Shown piece by piece: positions 53,046 through 64,000 of a stretch of DNA of 64,000 bases (its first letter is position 1; each line of letters opens with the position of its first letter). The stretch comes from Octopus vulgaris. Lineage: Eukaryota. The stretch spans positions 24,118,001 to 24,182,000 of the forward strand of contig OX597833.1 of the NCBI GenBank assembly GCA_951406725.2, given 5' to 3'. A model generated the notes under the pieces. That model saw only the letters and a list, made by a program, of their open reading frames with translations, did no database searches and was not told where the DNA came from. Made by a program: the position numbers and the translations under genes.

Positions 53046-53445
53046 ATTACATTGACCCCAGTGCTAAACGGGTACTTATGTTATCGGCCCCGAAGGGAAT
53101 GAAAGGCAAAGTCAATTTCGGCTGAATTTGAACACAGAATGTAGAGGCAGATGAAATACCGCTAACCAATTTAGTCCGGAATGATAACAATTCTGCCAGT
53201 TTGCCATCTTTAAACAAGTTGAAATATTAGTTTTAAAATTCTGACCCAAGGACAGCAATTTCGGGGAAGGGGTTAAGTCGATTGTATCGACCCCAGTGAT
53301 TAACTGGTACTTATTTCATCGACCCCAAAGGATGAAAGGCAAAGTTGACCTCGACGGAATTTTAACTCAGTACGTAAAAACATGAAATACCGCTAAACGT
53401 TTTTGTCTGGCGTGCCAACGAAACTACCAGCTCGTCACCTTAAAA
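53046..53445 (-). mobile_element. Family B SINE cluster
   Basis: Family B cores. Confidence 0.75.
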
Positions 53446-54129
53446 AGTTTGTAGTGATATTAAAATTACACTTAAATCACTACACAAAACATAACAGTTT
53501 CATTGTAAAACCTTTATGCTAGACGAAATGGAAAGGCAGATCAAAATGTGTCAAAGCTATTAAATATGGAATTATAGGAATCCGGGAGGCTGTTTATGAA
53601 CTTTAAAAAAATGTCTGCTTCTGATCTTACAATGCAACATGAAGCAGAAATTGCTATTCCACGAATAGGAAAGTAGCAGTTTTCTCATGATAATGAACGT
53701 GTAGTATGAGATCTTAGGGACAGCAAATGTTACCAGTAAAATTATGCACAGTGCTACTGTAGAAGTATCTACCGCAATGTCATTAACGAACAGTGTCATT
53801 GATAATTTCATTCATTATATTCAAATTCTGTTGCAATAGAATTAAATGTAGAGTCAGGTTTTAAAAGTAAGAGTATAGGTGCAGGCATGGCTGTGTGGTT
53901 TAGGAGATTGCTTTGCAACCATTTGGTTCGGGTTCAGTTCTACTGCGAAACACTTTGGGCAAGTGTCTTCCATTATAGCTGCAGATGACAAATGTCCTGT
54001 GAGAAAATTTTACAGACGGAGACTGTAGAAGCCCATCGTGTGAGAGTTTACGAAAAAAGCAAAAGACGGAGACAGGTGGTGTACAAAACAAACAGATGTA
54101 TTAGTATAACGCTCAGGAATAGAAAGAGT

Positions 54130-54165
54130 CTTTTACGTTTCGAGCCTACGCTCTTCTACAGAAAG
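54130..54165 (-). ncRNA. Minimal hammerhead-like motif (A6U change) in a (TA)n-adjacent terminal fragment
   Basis: CTTT CTGTAGA A GAGC-GTAG-GCTC GAAA CG TA AAAG. Confidence 0.5.
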
Positions 54166-54236
54166 GGACACAGAAAAAACAAGGAGAGAAAAATGTGTGT
54201 TGTGGCTAACGATCTATCATGGCGACTAGTGCCGAT

Positions 54237-54295
<59 letters not shown>

Positions 54296-54299
<4 letters not shown>

Positions 54300-55304
54300 G
54301 ATAAGAGTAAATAATTTCTATAAAGGCTTTTAAAAAAACCCCAATTATTTACTGGTAGAATTCGGTATGTAAATATAGCCGATTACCGGCAGGAACTTCT
54401 GTAAAGTTCAGTATATATATTGTATATAAGAAAAAGGGACAGGCAAAACAGGTTGCTTGACCGCATACCGAAAAAATAGAAATAGCAGTCAAGAATGCTT
54501 ATTTCTATCAAAGTTGGACTCAGGGCATGACAGACCCTGTAATTCACATATGCAAAACAGAAGGAATAGATAACGAATACGAAGTCTGGCGGTTATCTGT
54601 GAACATCATGTTTCTGGATTATAAACATATTGAATATATATTCCATATATTTTTGATATATATTTCATATATATTGCAAATATATTTCACATCCTTCTTC
54701 AGCACAGCTTTCCATTGAAAAAGATTTATCATAGATTTATCAAATGCTACGTACCTCAAACCTTCTGACCATGCGACATCAAAATATTTGAAGAAAGTGA
54801 GCAAAGGCTAAACCTACATAGACGTTTGAATTCATAAATCTTCCCTCCAAAATTTTGCCATGCGCACTACAGTTAGGTTGTCAAAGGGAGTGAAAAATCC
54901 AAATAGTAATATAATGATAAGAGTAAATAATTTCTATAAAGGCTTTTAAAAAAACCCCAATTATTTACTGGTAGAATTCGGTATGTAAATATAGCCGATT
55001 ACCGGCAGGAACTTCTGTAAAGTTCAGTATATATATTGTATATAAGAAAAAGGGACAGGCAAAACAGGTTGCTTGACCGCATACCGAAAAAATAGAAATA
55101 GCAGTCAAGAATGCTTATTTCTATCAAAGTTGGACTCCGGGCATGACAGACCCTGTAATTCACATATGCAAAACAGAAGGAATAGATAACGAATACGAAG
55201 TCTGGCGGTTATCTGTGAACATCATATTTCTGGATTATAAACATATTGAATATATATTCCATATATTTTTCCATATATTACCTGTTTTGCCTGTCCCTTT
55301 TTCT

Positions 55305-55308
<4 letters not shown>
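54296..55308. mobile_element. Microsatellite-flanked element: 616-nt unit plus about 360-nt near-identical tandem extension plus short inverted tail
   Basis: TAATGATAAGAGTAAAT at 54296 and 54912; 55279-55308 is the reverse complement of part of the unit. Confidence 0.75.
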
Positions 55309-55349
<41 letters not shown>

Positions 55350-55356
<7 letters not shown>

Positions 55357-55627
55357 AGAAAAAATGGAGAAATTGACTTGCAGACAAAAGTTTATTTAAA
55401 GATTTTCCAATTCAATTTAATGAAATTCTAGTCCTACAACCGTTTCCATCTCCAATTAGTTCAATTAATTTAATTTAATTTAATTTAATTTAATTTAATT
55501 TCTGTAATTGAACTAATTGGAGATGGAAACGGTTGTTGGACTAAAATTTCATTATAAGGATTTGAATATCTTTAAATAAACTGATGTCTGCATGTCAATT
55601 TCTCCATTTTCTCCTTTTTCTCATTCA
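55350..55627. repeat. Inverted repeat around (AATTT)n carrying the 3' half of an HHR
   Basis: ACAACCGTTTCCATCTCCAATTAGTTCAATT / AATTGAACTAATTGGAGATGGAAACGGTTGT. Confidence 0.75.
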
Positions 55628-55814
55628 TAAGTATTTTAAATACCTATTTATTTATATCAATGCAAAACTAATATATTCAGCTTTCACTGAACACTGGTAT
55701 AAATCGGAGGACTAGGATGCTAGCATCCCTTAAAGGATTATAGGTCCTTAATACAATTAAATTATGACTACCAGATAATTATCCTTCACGTGATTTTTAT
55801 TCTTATTTTATGAG

Positions 55815-55854
<40 letters not shown>

Positions 55855-55874
55855 TATATACACCCACACACACA

Positions 55875-56017
55875 CGAGAAGATGCTGGGAAGTTCCTGGC
55901 TTTGAGTAAAAGAAAATACAGGAGGATTGTTTAATTATGATTTTATTTGGTATATTCCCCTCTCGGATTCACACACTGCGATACTTTTAAAACCAAGAAC
56001 TATTCAGAAGCCCTTGT
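55875..56017. mobile_element. Mariner-derived MITE
   Basis: Degenerate TIRs CGAGAAGATGCTGGGAAGTTCCTGGCTTT / AAAACCAAGAACTATTCAGAAGCCCTTG. Confidence 0.5.
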
Positions 56018-56045
56018 ATATGTACATTTGTGTGTGTGTGTTGTG

Positions 56046-56091
<46 letters not shown>

Positions 56092-56609
56092 CCCCGTTTA
56101 TCTCCTCACTCCTTAACAATTGGTTGTTATGTTCCTGTAAATTAGCGGTTCGGTAGAACAGACTGATAGAATGAGTATGCGACTTTAAAAAAACGTAAGT
56201 AGTGGAGGCGATTTGTATTGGCTAAAACCCTTCAAGGTGGTGCTCCAGCATGGCCGCAGTCTAATAACCGAAACAAGTAAAAGATAAAAGATACAGAACA
56301 AAAAAATGAGAAAAATAATAAATAAATAAAACACTTTGAATTGACGAGGTTCCAAGCGCAGATGATTCAGAAAGAAGATTAATAAGTCATGTTCAGTTTA
56401 ACACTCAACATAGTTATTTCTTCTTTATCAGAAAGTTTTTAAATTCCAAAGTTCCACAGATTTTTTTAAACAACAAAATATTTACCCGATAAAAATTAAA
56501 ATTAAAATTAGACTGACATTAGGATGTCAGTGTTCGGAGGACAGTTTACCAAGAAAATAGTGTTAATAATGAATGTAGTCTCTTGGCTAATTTAGATATT
56601 CTTCCCTAA

Positions 56610-57030
56610 TCTAGGCACAAGGCATGACATTTATTGGGGAGGGTGCCAATCGATTAGATCGACCCAGCACACAACTGGTACTTAATTTATCAACCCCGAA
56701 AGGATGAAAGGCAAAGTCGACCTCGGCGCAATTGAAACTCAGAACCCAAAGCCAGACGAAATACCACTAAGCATTTCGCCCGGCGTGCTAACGTTTCTTA
56801 TTTCTTTACTGCCCACAAGGGGCTAAGCACAGAGGGGACAAAAAAGGACAGACAACAGGATTAAGTCGATTATATCGACCCCAATGCGTAACTGGTACTT
56901 AATTTATCGACCACGAAAGGATGAAAGCTAAAGTCGACCTCGGCGGAATTTGAACTCAGAACCTAAAGACAGACAAAATACCGCTACGTATTTCGCCCAG
57001 CACGCTAACGTTTCTGCCAGCTCGCCGCCT
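56610..57030 (-). mobile_element. Nested family B SINEs
   Basis: Two cores; the inner copy carries the Tx1-like tail. Confidence 0.8.
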
Positions 57031-57074
57031 TGCTAATTTAGGTATTACAAAAGTAATGTTAACACAAATTCCTT

Positions 57075-57235
57075 TCTCTTTTATCTTATAATTGTTTCAG
57101 TCATCTGACTGGGGCACCACCTTGAAAGGTTTTAGTCAAACAAATCGACCTCAGTACATGTTTTTTAAAGTCTTGTACTTATTCTATCGGCCACTTTTGC
57201 TGAATCATTAAGTTACGGTTCCAAGTGGTGGTGGG

Positions 57236-57267
<32 letters not shown>

Positions 57268-57440
57268 ACACAATATACGACGGGCTTCTTCCATTTTCTT
57301 TCTACCAAATCTACTTACAAGGCTTTAGTCGGTCTGAGGTCATAGCAGAAGACACTTGCTCAAGGTGCCATGCAGTGGAACGGAACCCTTAACCAAGTGG
57401 TTGGGAAGCAAACTTCTTACAACATAGCCACACCTGCACC
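57075..57440 (-). mobile_element. SINE family A
   Basis: Reverse complement of family A. Confidence 0.8.
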
Positions 57441-58879
57441 TTTCCCTTAGATTTATCATTAGTAACAAGTTTATAGGATATCATGCCAAACATGTGGGTT
57501 GCCTGTAAGGATATTTATTAGCAGAAAATCTGCTTGTAATAATGATTTCAAATTTTATCACAAGGCCAGCAATTTCGGGGGATGGCATAAGTGGATTCCA
57601 GTGCTCAACTGCTACTTATTCCGTTGACCCTGAAAGGATAGGCCAAGTCGATTCTGCCTGTTCGCTAATTTTTTTGCGAGTAATAATAATCCTTTTTACT
57701 ATAGGCACAAAACCTGTACTCAACTGGCCCATATTTTATCAACCCCAAATGGATGAAAGGTAAAGCCCATCTACCAATTTTTAGTGAAAATTGGCCATCA
57801 GAACATAATGCACGTTCTAACTTACAGAGTGACATGTAGAATTATATGATTATACCATACCAGTAATCATGGGAGAGACGATTTTTAGTAAAGTTTATAA
57901 AGACATTTGCAGTTGTCAATGATGCAAGACTTTAAATTCTTTAGCAATCTCTTGATAGAAAATTGTGTAAAAAAAAAGATAAAGTGAAAAAAAGTGGTGT
58001 GAAAACATTTGCAAATCTAAAAAGTCAGAAAAAACAATTTTGTCATCCACCGACCCTCCACTCAGTGTTTGTAAAAAAAAATGTGCTGAGATCATAAATC
58101 TACTTTCAGTCTCCCCATCTCTCTCTCCACTTATATTGGTTTCAAATTTTGACACAAAGCCAGCCAGTTCGGGGGAGAGGGTAAGTCATTTACATCAACT
58201 CCGGTGATCAACTTGTTTTACCAACTTGAAAGGATGAAAGGCAAAATCGACCTCATCGGAATTTGGACTGAGAACATAAAGACGGACGAAATACCACTTA
58301 ACATTTTGCCCGACGTGCCAACAATTCAGCTAGCTCATTGCATTCTCCCTACTTGTGTTGATGTGAGAATCTGCAGCTTTGATGCTGCATTTGAACTTTA
58401 CTCATTATCATGTATAATTATAATAAACACTATATTCCTAAAGTAGCAGTTTATTCCCTCCTACGAAAACAAAACAAAAATAAATAAATAAAGAAAGAAA
58501 CTTGTAAAGGCCCCGCAGTTCAGTTTGTCTCTTGGACATCAACAACCTCAGGGCAGGGCTTGACTGTAAGGTATTACATTTTTTAATAAACATACAATTT
58601 GAATCTCGCGGTTACACCACAAGTTTCTTTATCTGTCTGTGGGTAGAAAAAGTTGGATCGATCTGATTTATGTCTGGTCATCTTAAGCCTTCACAAAGAT
58701 CTAAGAAGACCAAGCCTAGTCAGATTCAGAACCATAAATATTGTTATATGTTTACATGTTTATTCATTTATGAATCGACTAACCAAACAAAAAAAGAAAT
58801 CTATGCACGACCTACATTTTTACTGAACAAAATCAAATTTATCCCATATCAAATAAAGGTGATTGAATTTAGGTCAAAT

Positions 58880-59760
58880 ATTGATTTCAAAATTTAGCAC
58901 AAGGCCAGCAATTTCGGGGGAGGGGGTAAGTCGATTACATTGACCTCAATACTTAATAGACACTTATTTTATCGACCCCGCGAGGATGAAAGGCAAAGTT
59001 GATGTCGGTGAAATTTGAACTCAGAATGTAAAGATAAACGAAATGCCGATTATGTAAATAATGTACATAATTCCTCATCTCTTAAATAAAGAACTGTATT
59101 ATCTAGGCAGAAAGCTAAAATTTTTGGGGAGGGGACCAGTCAATTAAATCTACCCCAGTACATAACTGGTACTTAATTTAACAACCCCGAAAGGCTGAAA
59201 GGCAAAATTGACTTTGGCGGAATTCGAACTCAGAATGTAAAGACAGATGAAATACCTATTTCTTTACTACCCACAAGGGGCTAAACACAGAAGGGACAAA
59301 CAAGGACAGACAAACGGATTAAGTCGATCATATTGACCCCAGTGCGTAACTGGTACTTATTTAATCGACCCCGAAAGGATGAAAGGCAAAGTCGACCTCG
59401 GCGGAATTTGAACTCAGAACGTAGCGACAGACGAAATACTGCTGAGCATTTCGCCCGACATGCTAACGATTCTGCCAGCTTGCTGCCTTGCTGCCCTATT
59501 TAAGTTGAATATTAAAAGAAAAAATGTTTGGCATGAGATTTTCTTTTACAATATTTCGCATTTTAGGCAGCGAGCCAGCAGAAATGTTAGCATGCCGGGC
59601 AAAATGCTTTGCTGTATTTCCTCTGTCTTTACGTTCTGAGTTCAAACCCCACTGAGGTCAACTTTGCCTTTCATCCATTTGTGTACTGGAGTCACTCTAA
59701 TCGATTGGACCCCTCCCCCAAAATTTCGGGCCTTGTGCCTAGAGTAGAAAAGAATATTTT
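58880..59760. mobile_element. Cluster of family B SINEs in both orientations
   Basis: Three minus-strand cores and one plus-strand copy. Confidence 0.8.
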
Positions 59761-60053
59761 GCATTTTATTTGAACATTCTGCTATATTTTGAGAAAAAAA
59801 AGAGGGTTGTTTTTGAAATTACTTTGGTGTAATAAAAGTGAAAACAGTTTAAAACATGCAATAATGTTTCAACTGAATGAATATAATTTTAAAATTAAAG
59901 TATATTGTTATATAACATAATACTAATAGACTAGGATTACTAATAATGGTTCAAATCATGTAGAACATGTTGACAAAAATATATGGAAATATTTCCATAA
60001 ATGACATAATCTTATAAACTAGCATTTTAGCATTTAATGAACATCTTAAATCA

Positions 60054-60405
60054 AGGCGTAGAAGTGGCTGTGTGGTAAGTAGCTTGCTTACCAACCACAT
60101 GGTTCCAGGTTCAGCCCCACTTCGTGGCACCTTGGGCAAGTGTCTTCTACTATAGCCTCGGGCCGACCAATCCTTGTTAGTGGATTTGGTAATGTTTGTG
60201 TCTCTGTGTTTGTCCCCCCAACATCGCTTGACAACTGATGCTGGTGTGTTTACGTCTCCGTTACTTAGCAGTTTGGCAAAATGAGACCGATAGAATAAGT
60301 ACTAGGCTTACAAAGAATAAGTCCTGGGGTCGATTTGCTCGACTAAAGGCAGTGCTCCAGCATGGCCACAGTCAAATGACTGAAACAAGTAAAAGAGTAA
60401 AGAGT
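60054..60405 (+). mobile_element. SINE family A
   Basis: GGCGTAGAAGTGGCTGTGTGGTAAG head to AAACAAGTAAAAGAG tail. Confidence 0.9.
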
Positions 60406-61989
60406 ATCTTAATTAATTCAGAACTTGCATATCTTGATCTTCAAAGCTGAGGATTTGTAAATCACTTCATAGAAATCAAAGTCTTTCACAATTTCCTTTT
60501 AATTAATAATGTCACAAGATTAGAAAGCCTTGATGTCTCATGGTAGTTCTCAAATAAATCTTAAATACTTTCCGCGTTGAAAAACCTTCAAAAGTATACA
60601 CGCAGAAATTGCTAGAACTAAGATTAGGCTAAGTGAGAGGGCTGGAAAGGATTCTACAGAAGCTTTTACCTGATCAATCTTTACTGTCTTCTGGTACCTT
60701 CCAGCTTTGGTATTTCTATTAAAAGAGCACTTTTAGATAGTTCACCATGGAAAGTGGCTAGTTTTGGGAACTGGTGCCTTTAGCTCTTCTTCAGTGACGG
60801 ATATAAGAGTCATCATTTAAACAACCTCAAACATGGTTGCAAATTCCTTGACAGGTCTTGATCAGAATGAACGTGATTGATGCATTCTTATTTTCTTGTT
60901 GAGGAGTACATTTGACCTCATTTGCCACTCCCAACCCTTACTATCTAGCTTCCTCTTGAATTTAACTTTTCTCTCTACCGCAATTCCATATTTGCCTGCT
61001 TTTAGAGGCATTTGTTCAACTGTACACTCAAGCAGGTAACTGCACTCCTTGAACAGGTAAAAATAAAAAAAGCTTTAGCACCTCTAGTTATGTCACTATT
61101 TTGTCAAGACTGAAGTTCTTAATCTGTAGGTATTATAGTGTAAAAATTAACTGCCTGAAATACACCACATCAAAAATAAAGACAGCAGAGGAAAACGAAA
61201 TCACAGATAAGGGAAAAGGGTTTCTATTGCTCTTCTTGTGTTCAGATTTTCACAAAGAGCTTCAATGAGTGTGATTGAAAAGTCATCAATAGAGTTTTTT
61301 TATTAGTCTAATTGTCTATTAAATCTTTATTATGAATAATAGATTGCTAATTAAGTCAGACTTTATCAAACTTATAAGAGTGCTAATGTAGTCCATATGG
61401 ACATGCCCATGCATGTATATATTTCTGTATGTATTCACATTTACACACATATAAGAATTATACGCATCCACCAAATCATTTAAAACTTATTCATTTACTG
61501 AAGTGCAGCATACCTAAGCCCTAAGGTAAAGGACATAGAAACACAGATTTTTTTTATAGACTTCAATTTATATATTTCAACCAAATGTTCTTTCTTTTGG
61601 CTGTGATTGCAAACAGCCAACTATGTAAGACAATACTGTCAAACCTTACAATACAAAAAACAGGCCTTTGCCAGTTTGTAGTAAAAGCAGCTATTGTACA
61701 ATCTTTGAACAATGTAACTGCCATAAACAAAGATGAAATAGAAGCTTCAGCATTTATCTGAGCAAGAATCACATGGACTTTTATATATAAAATAATATGT
61801 GGCTGGTAGATGCTGTGTCCACTTAAACTTGTGCTGACTGGATAGATGCTAGGAGCTGTATATGATCGCTGATACTGGAGGCTGACTGTTTCCTCAGGAA
61901 TTATTTTTTTAAAGTCTGTGAGTAATCTATTTGTTAGACCATAATGTTACAGGATATAAACACAGATATCATTTTTGCAAATATCATAG

Positions 61990-62305
61990 GGCTACCCTTC
62001 GGTCATGAATGCACTTACAGTTACCCTCTGAGACACAAGTCTGGGCAAGGTTGTTTATGGAAGACCAGTAGTTGCTCATACATACTGGCCTCCCATCTTC
62101 ACGCTACCAATGTTATTCATGGGAAAGGCAAAGGTTAATACAGCTTGGCACCAGTGACATTGTAACTCGTTTCTACAGCTGAGCAAACTGAAGCAACGTG
62201 AAATAAAGTGCCTTGCTCAAGAGCACAACACACAGCCCTGTCCTGGAATCAAACTACCTCATAATTGTGAGCCTGATGGTCTAACCACTGAGCCATATGC
62301 CTTCG
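61990..62305 (-). mobile_element. tRNA-derived CORE-like SINE
   Basis: Minus strand TGGCTCAGTGGTTAG A-box and GCTCTTGAGCAAGGCACTT core-like segment. Confidence 0.65.
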
Positions 62306-62321
62306 TGTGTGTGTGTGTGTG

Positions 62322-62378
<57 letters not shown>

Positions 62379-62654
62379 ATGTAAATATATGTGCATATAA
62401 ATATGTTTGAGTGTATGTAGCGTGTGTGTGTCTCCTGCTCTTGACATTGTGAAATAGTTGAAAATGAGTGTCACCGACATGCAAGTAGATGTTTCTCATT
62501 TTCAACTTTCATTAGAAACATATTTGGCCATAGAGAACAAAATACCTTGCCTGGAAACAGGTGAGGATTGGCGTAAGGAATAGCATCCGACTCTCTCAAT
62601 AGAATCCATCTGTGTTGCGCAGACATAGAAAAGTGGACATCAAAAAGATGATAG

Positions 62655-62965
62655 TGGAGGCACATGGCCTCAAAGTTAGAGCAGCAGACTTACAGTTGAG
62701 GGATCGCAGGTTTGAATCTCAAACCAGGTGATGTGTGTATTTATGAGTGAAACATGTAAACACCATGCAGCTCCAGCTGAAGGTAATGGCAAACTTCTGC
62801 TGACTCTTTCGCCACAACTTTCTCTCACTCTTTCCCCCTGCATCTAGCATCTCACTTGTGACAAATCGATATCCCATCCAGGTGGGGAATCTATATGCCA
62901 ATGAAATCGGGAAACCGGCCCTTATGAACCAGGTATGGCTCAAAAAGGAACAAACAACAACAAAA
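62655..62965 (+). mobile_element. tRNA-derived SINE (another family)
   Basis: GGAGGCACATGGCCTCAAAGTTAGAG A-box-like, GGTTTGAATCTC B-box-like, (CAA)n tail. Confidence 0.6.
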
Positions 62966-64000
62966 GGATGATAATGATGATTTATATCAACTTAAATAGT
63001 TCTGATAGTCATATAATACAGTGTTAACATCTTTAGTTTCACATTCAAGGGTTTTCAAGCTGTTACTCAATAACAGATTGATTTGACCTGTTATGTACAA
63101 TAGCATGTCCATAAGTTTTTTTAAATGTGTTTATCACTTTAAACAAATCATAAGAAATCATCATTCAATATTTAATATTGATTTAGAGAATCTTTATATT
63201 TCGTTATGCATTCTAGTTCTAATTCACGTGACTTGGTAATGTGATATCTGGACTTAAGGTGGTGAGTTGGCAAAATAGTTACCTTACTGGGAAAAATGCT
63301 TAGCAGCATTTCTTTCGACCTAACGTTTTGAGTGCATATACTCCGGAGTCACCCTTACTTTTCATCCTTTTGAGGTTGATGAAATAAATACCAGTTGAGC
63401 ACTTGTGTCAATGTAATTGACTTACTCTTTTCCCCAAATCGCTGGCCTTGCGCCAAAATTTGAAACCAATATGATATCTGGGCTTTTAATCTTGATGTTA
63501 TTATTCACTAATAATATATGTAACATTTTTACTATCTGAGGATGAATGTAAAATACACATCCCAGAATGGCATCAAAGTAGCAATCAAAGAAAAACCTTC
63601 CTCTTACACCTTCATAAAACAAAAGCAGCTAAACAAAAGCTATAAAGAAACCACTTAAGGTATTGTGATTAATATTAACACTAAGTTGCGATCTGTTACA
63701 TGAACCAACATTTATTGTTCCATCGCTGACACTAATGCCATAATATATTAGCATACGTATGAATGACAATATTAGAGGTGTTTTATCTTAGCTATATATG
63801 TCTTGCAAACAACTTGCACATGCTACCAGTTAAAAGCTCCGTATACCGGAAGCTAGCAAGTGTATGGGGTCATCAGGAGAGAATGCGTGCCGTTTCGGGG
63901 CCTACCTCTCGACGGCATCAATGCTCACTGATATGAGGCCCCGCTTGCTAGATCAGCTGGTTATGAAGAACTCAATATACTTCTAGCCATCACTCATCGT

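Noticed and set aside
60420-61180. Possible coding remnant on the minus strand (also 10420-10740)
   Set aside because: Stop-riddled and not assignable; probably old unclassified transposon debris

Overview
This is a repeat-saturated, AT-rich animal genomic window. The SINE families, RTE LINE and (TA)n/(TG)n density point to an octopus (cephalopod) genome; that assignment is an inference. Only one convincing host gene is visible: a compact 75-aa hydrophobic membrane microprotein at 23253-23480 (+), preceded by a splice acceptor. Nearly all other ORFs in the track are microsatellite artefacts or transposon debris. Mobile DNA includes several tRNA-derived SINE families, an RTE LINE, two HERO-like (restriction-like endonuclease) non-LTR remnants, a Tx1/L1-like 3' fragment, several Tc1/mariner elements, a Merlin (IS1595/ISXO2-like) transposase remnant, three Helitrons, a TRIM-like two-LTR element and a 5'-inverted Penelope-like element (PLE). 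The most striking signal, invisible in the ORF track, is a dense set of about 10 type I hammerhead ribozyme (HHR) motifs. They lie in at least six distinct small non-coding elements. Several of these are ~350-480-nt units arranged as partial head-to-tail tandems, often with an inverted terminal copy, and inserted at (TA)n/(CA)n tracts. Five motifs from four distinct families share a CCGAUGA (U4C) core variant and a palindromic stem III. One HHR family is physically tied to the 3' end of the coding PLE. Together this looks like a PLE-driven, retrozyme-like system of small self-cleaving (possibly circular) RNAs. Folds were read by eye, and ribozyme activity and expression cannot be shown from sequence alone.
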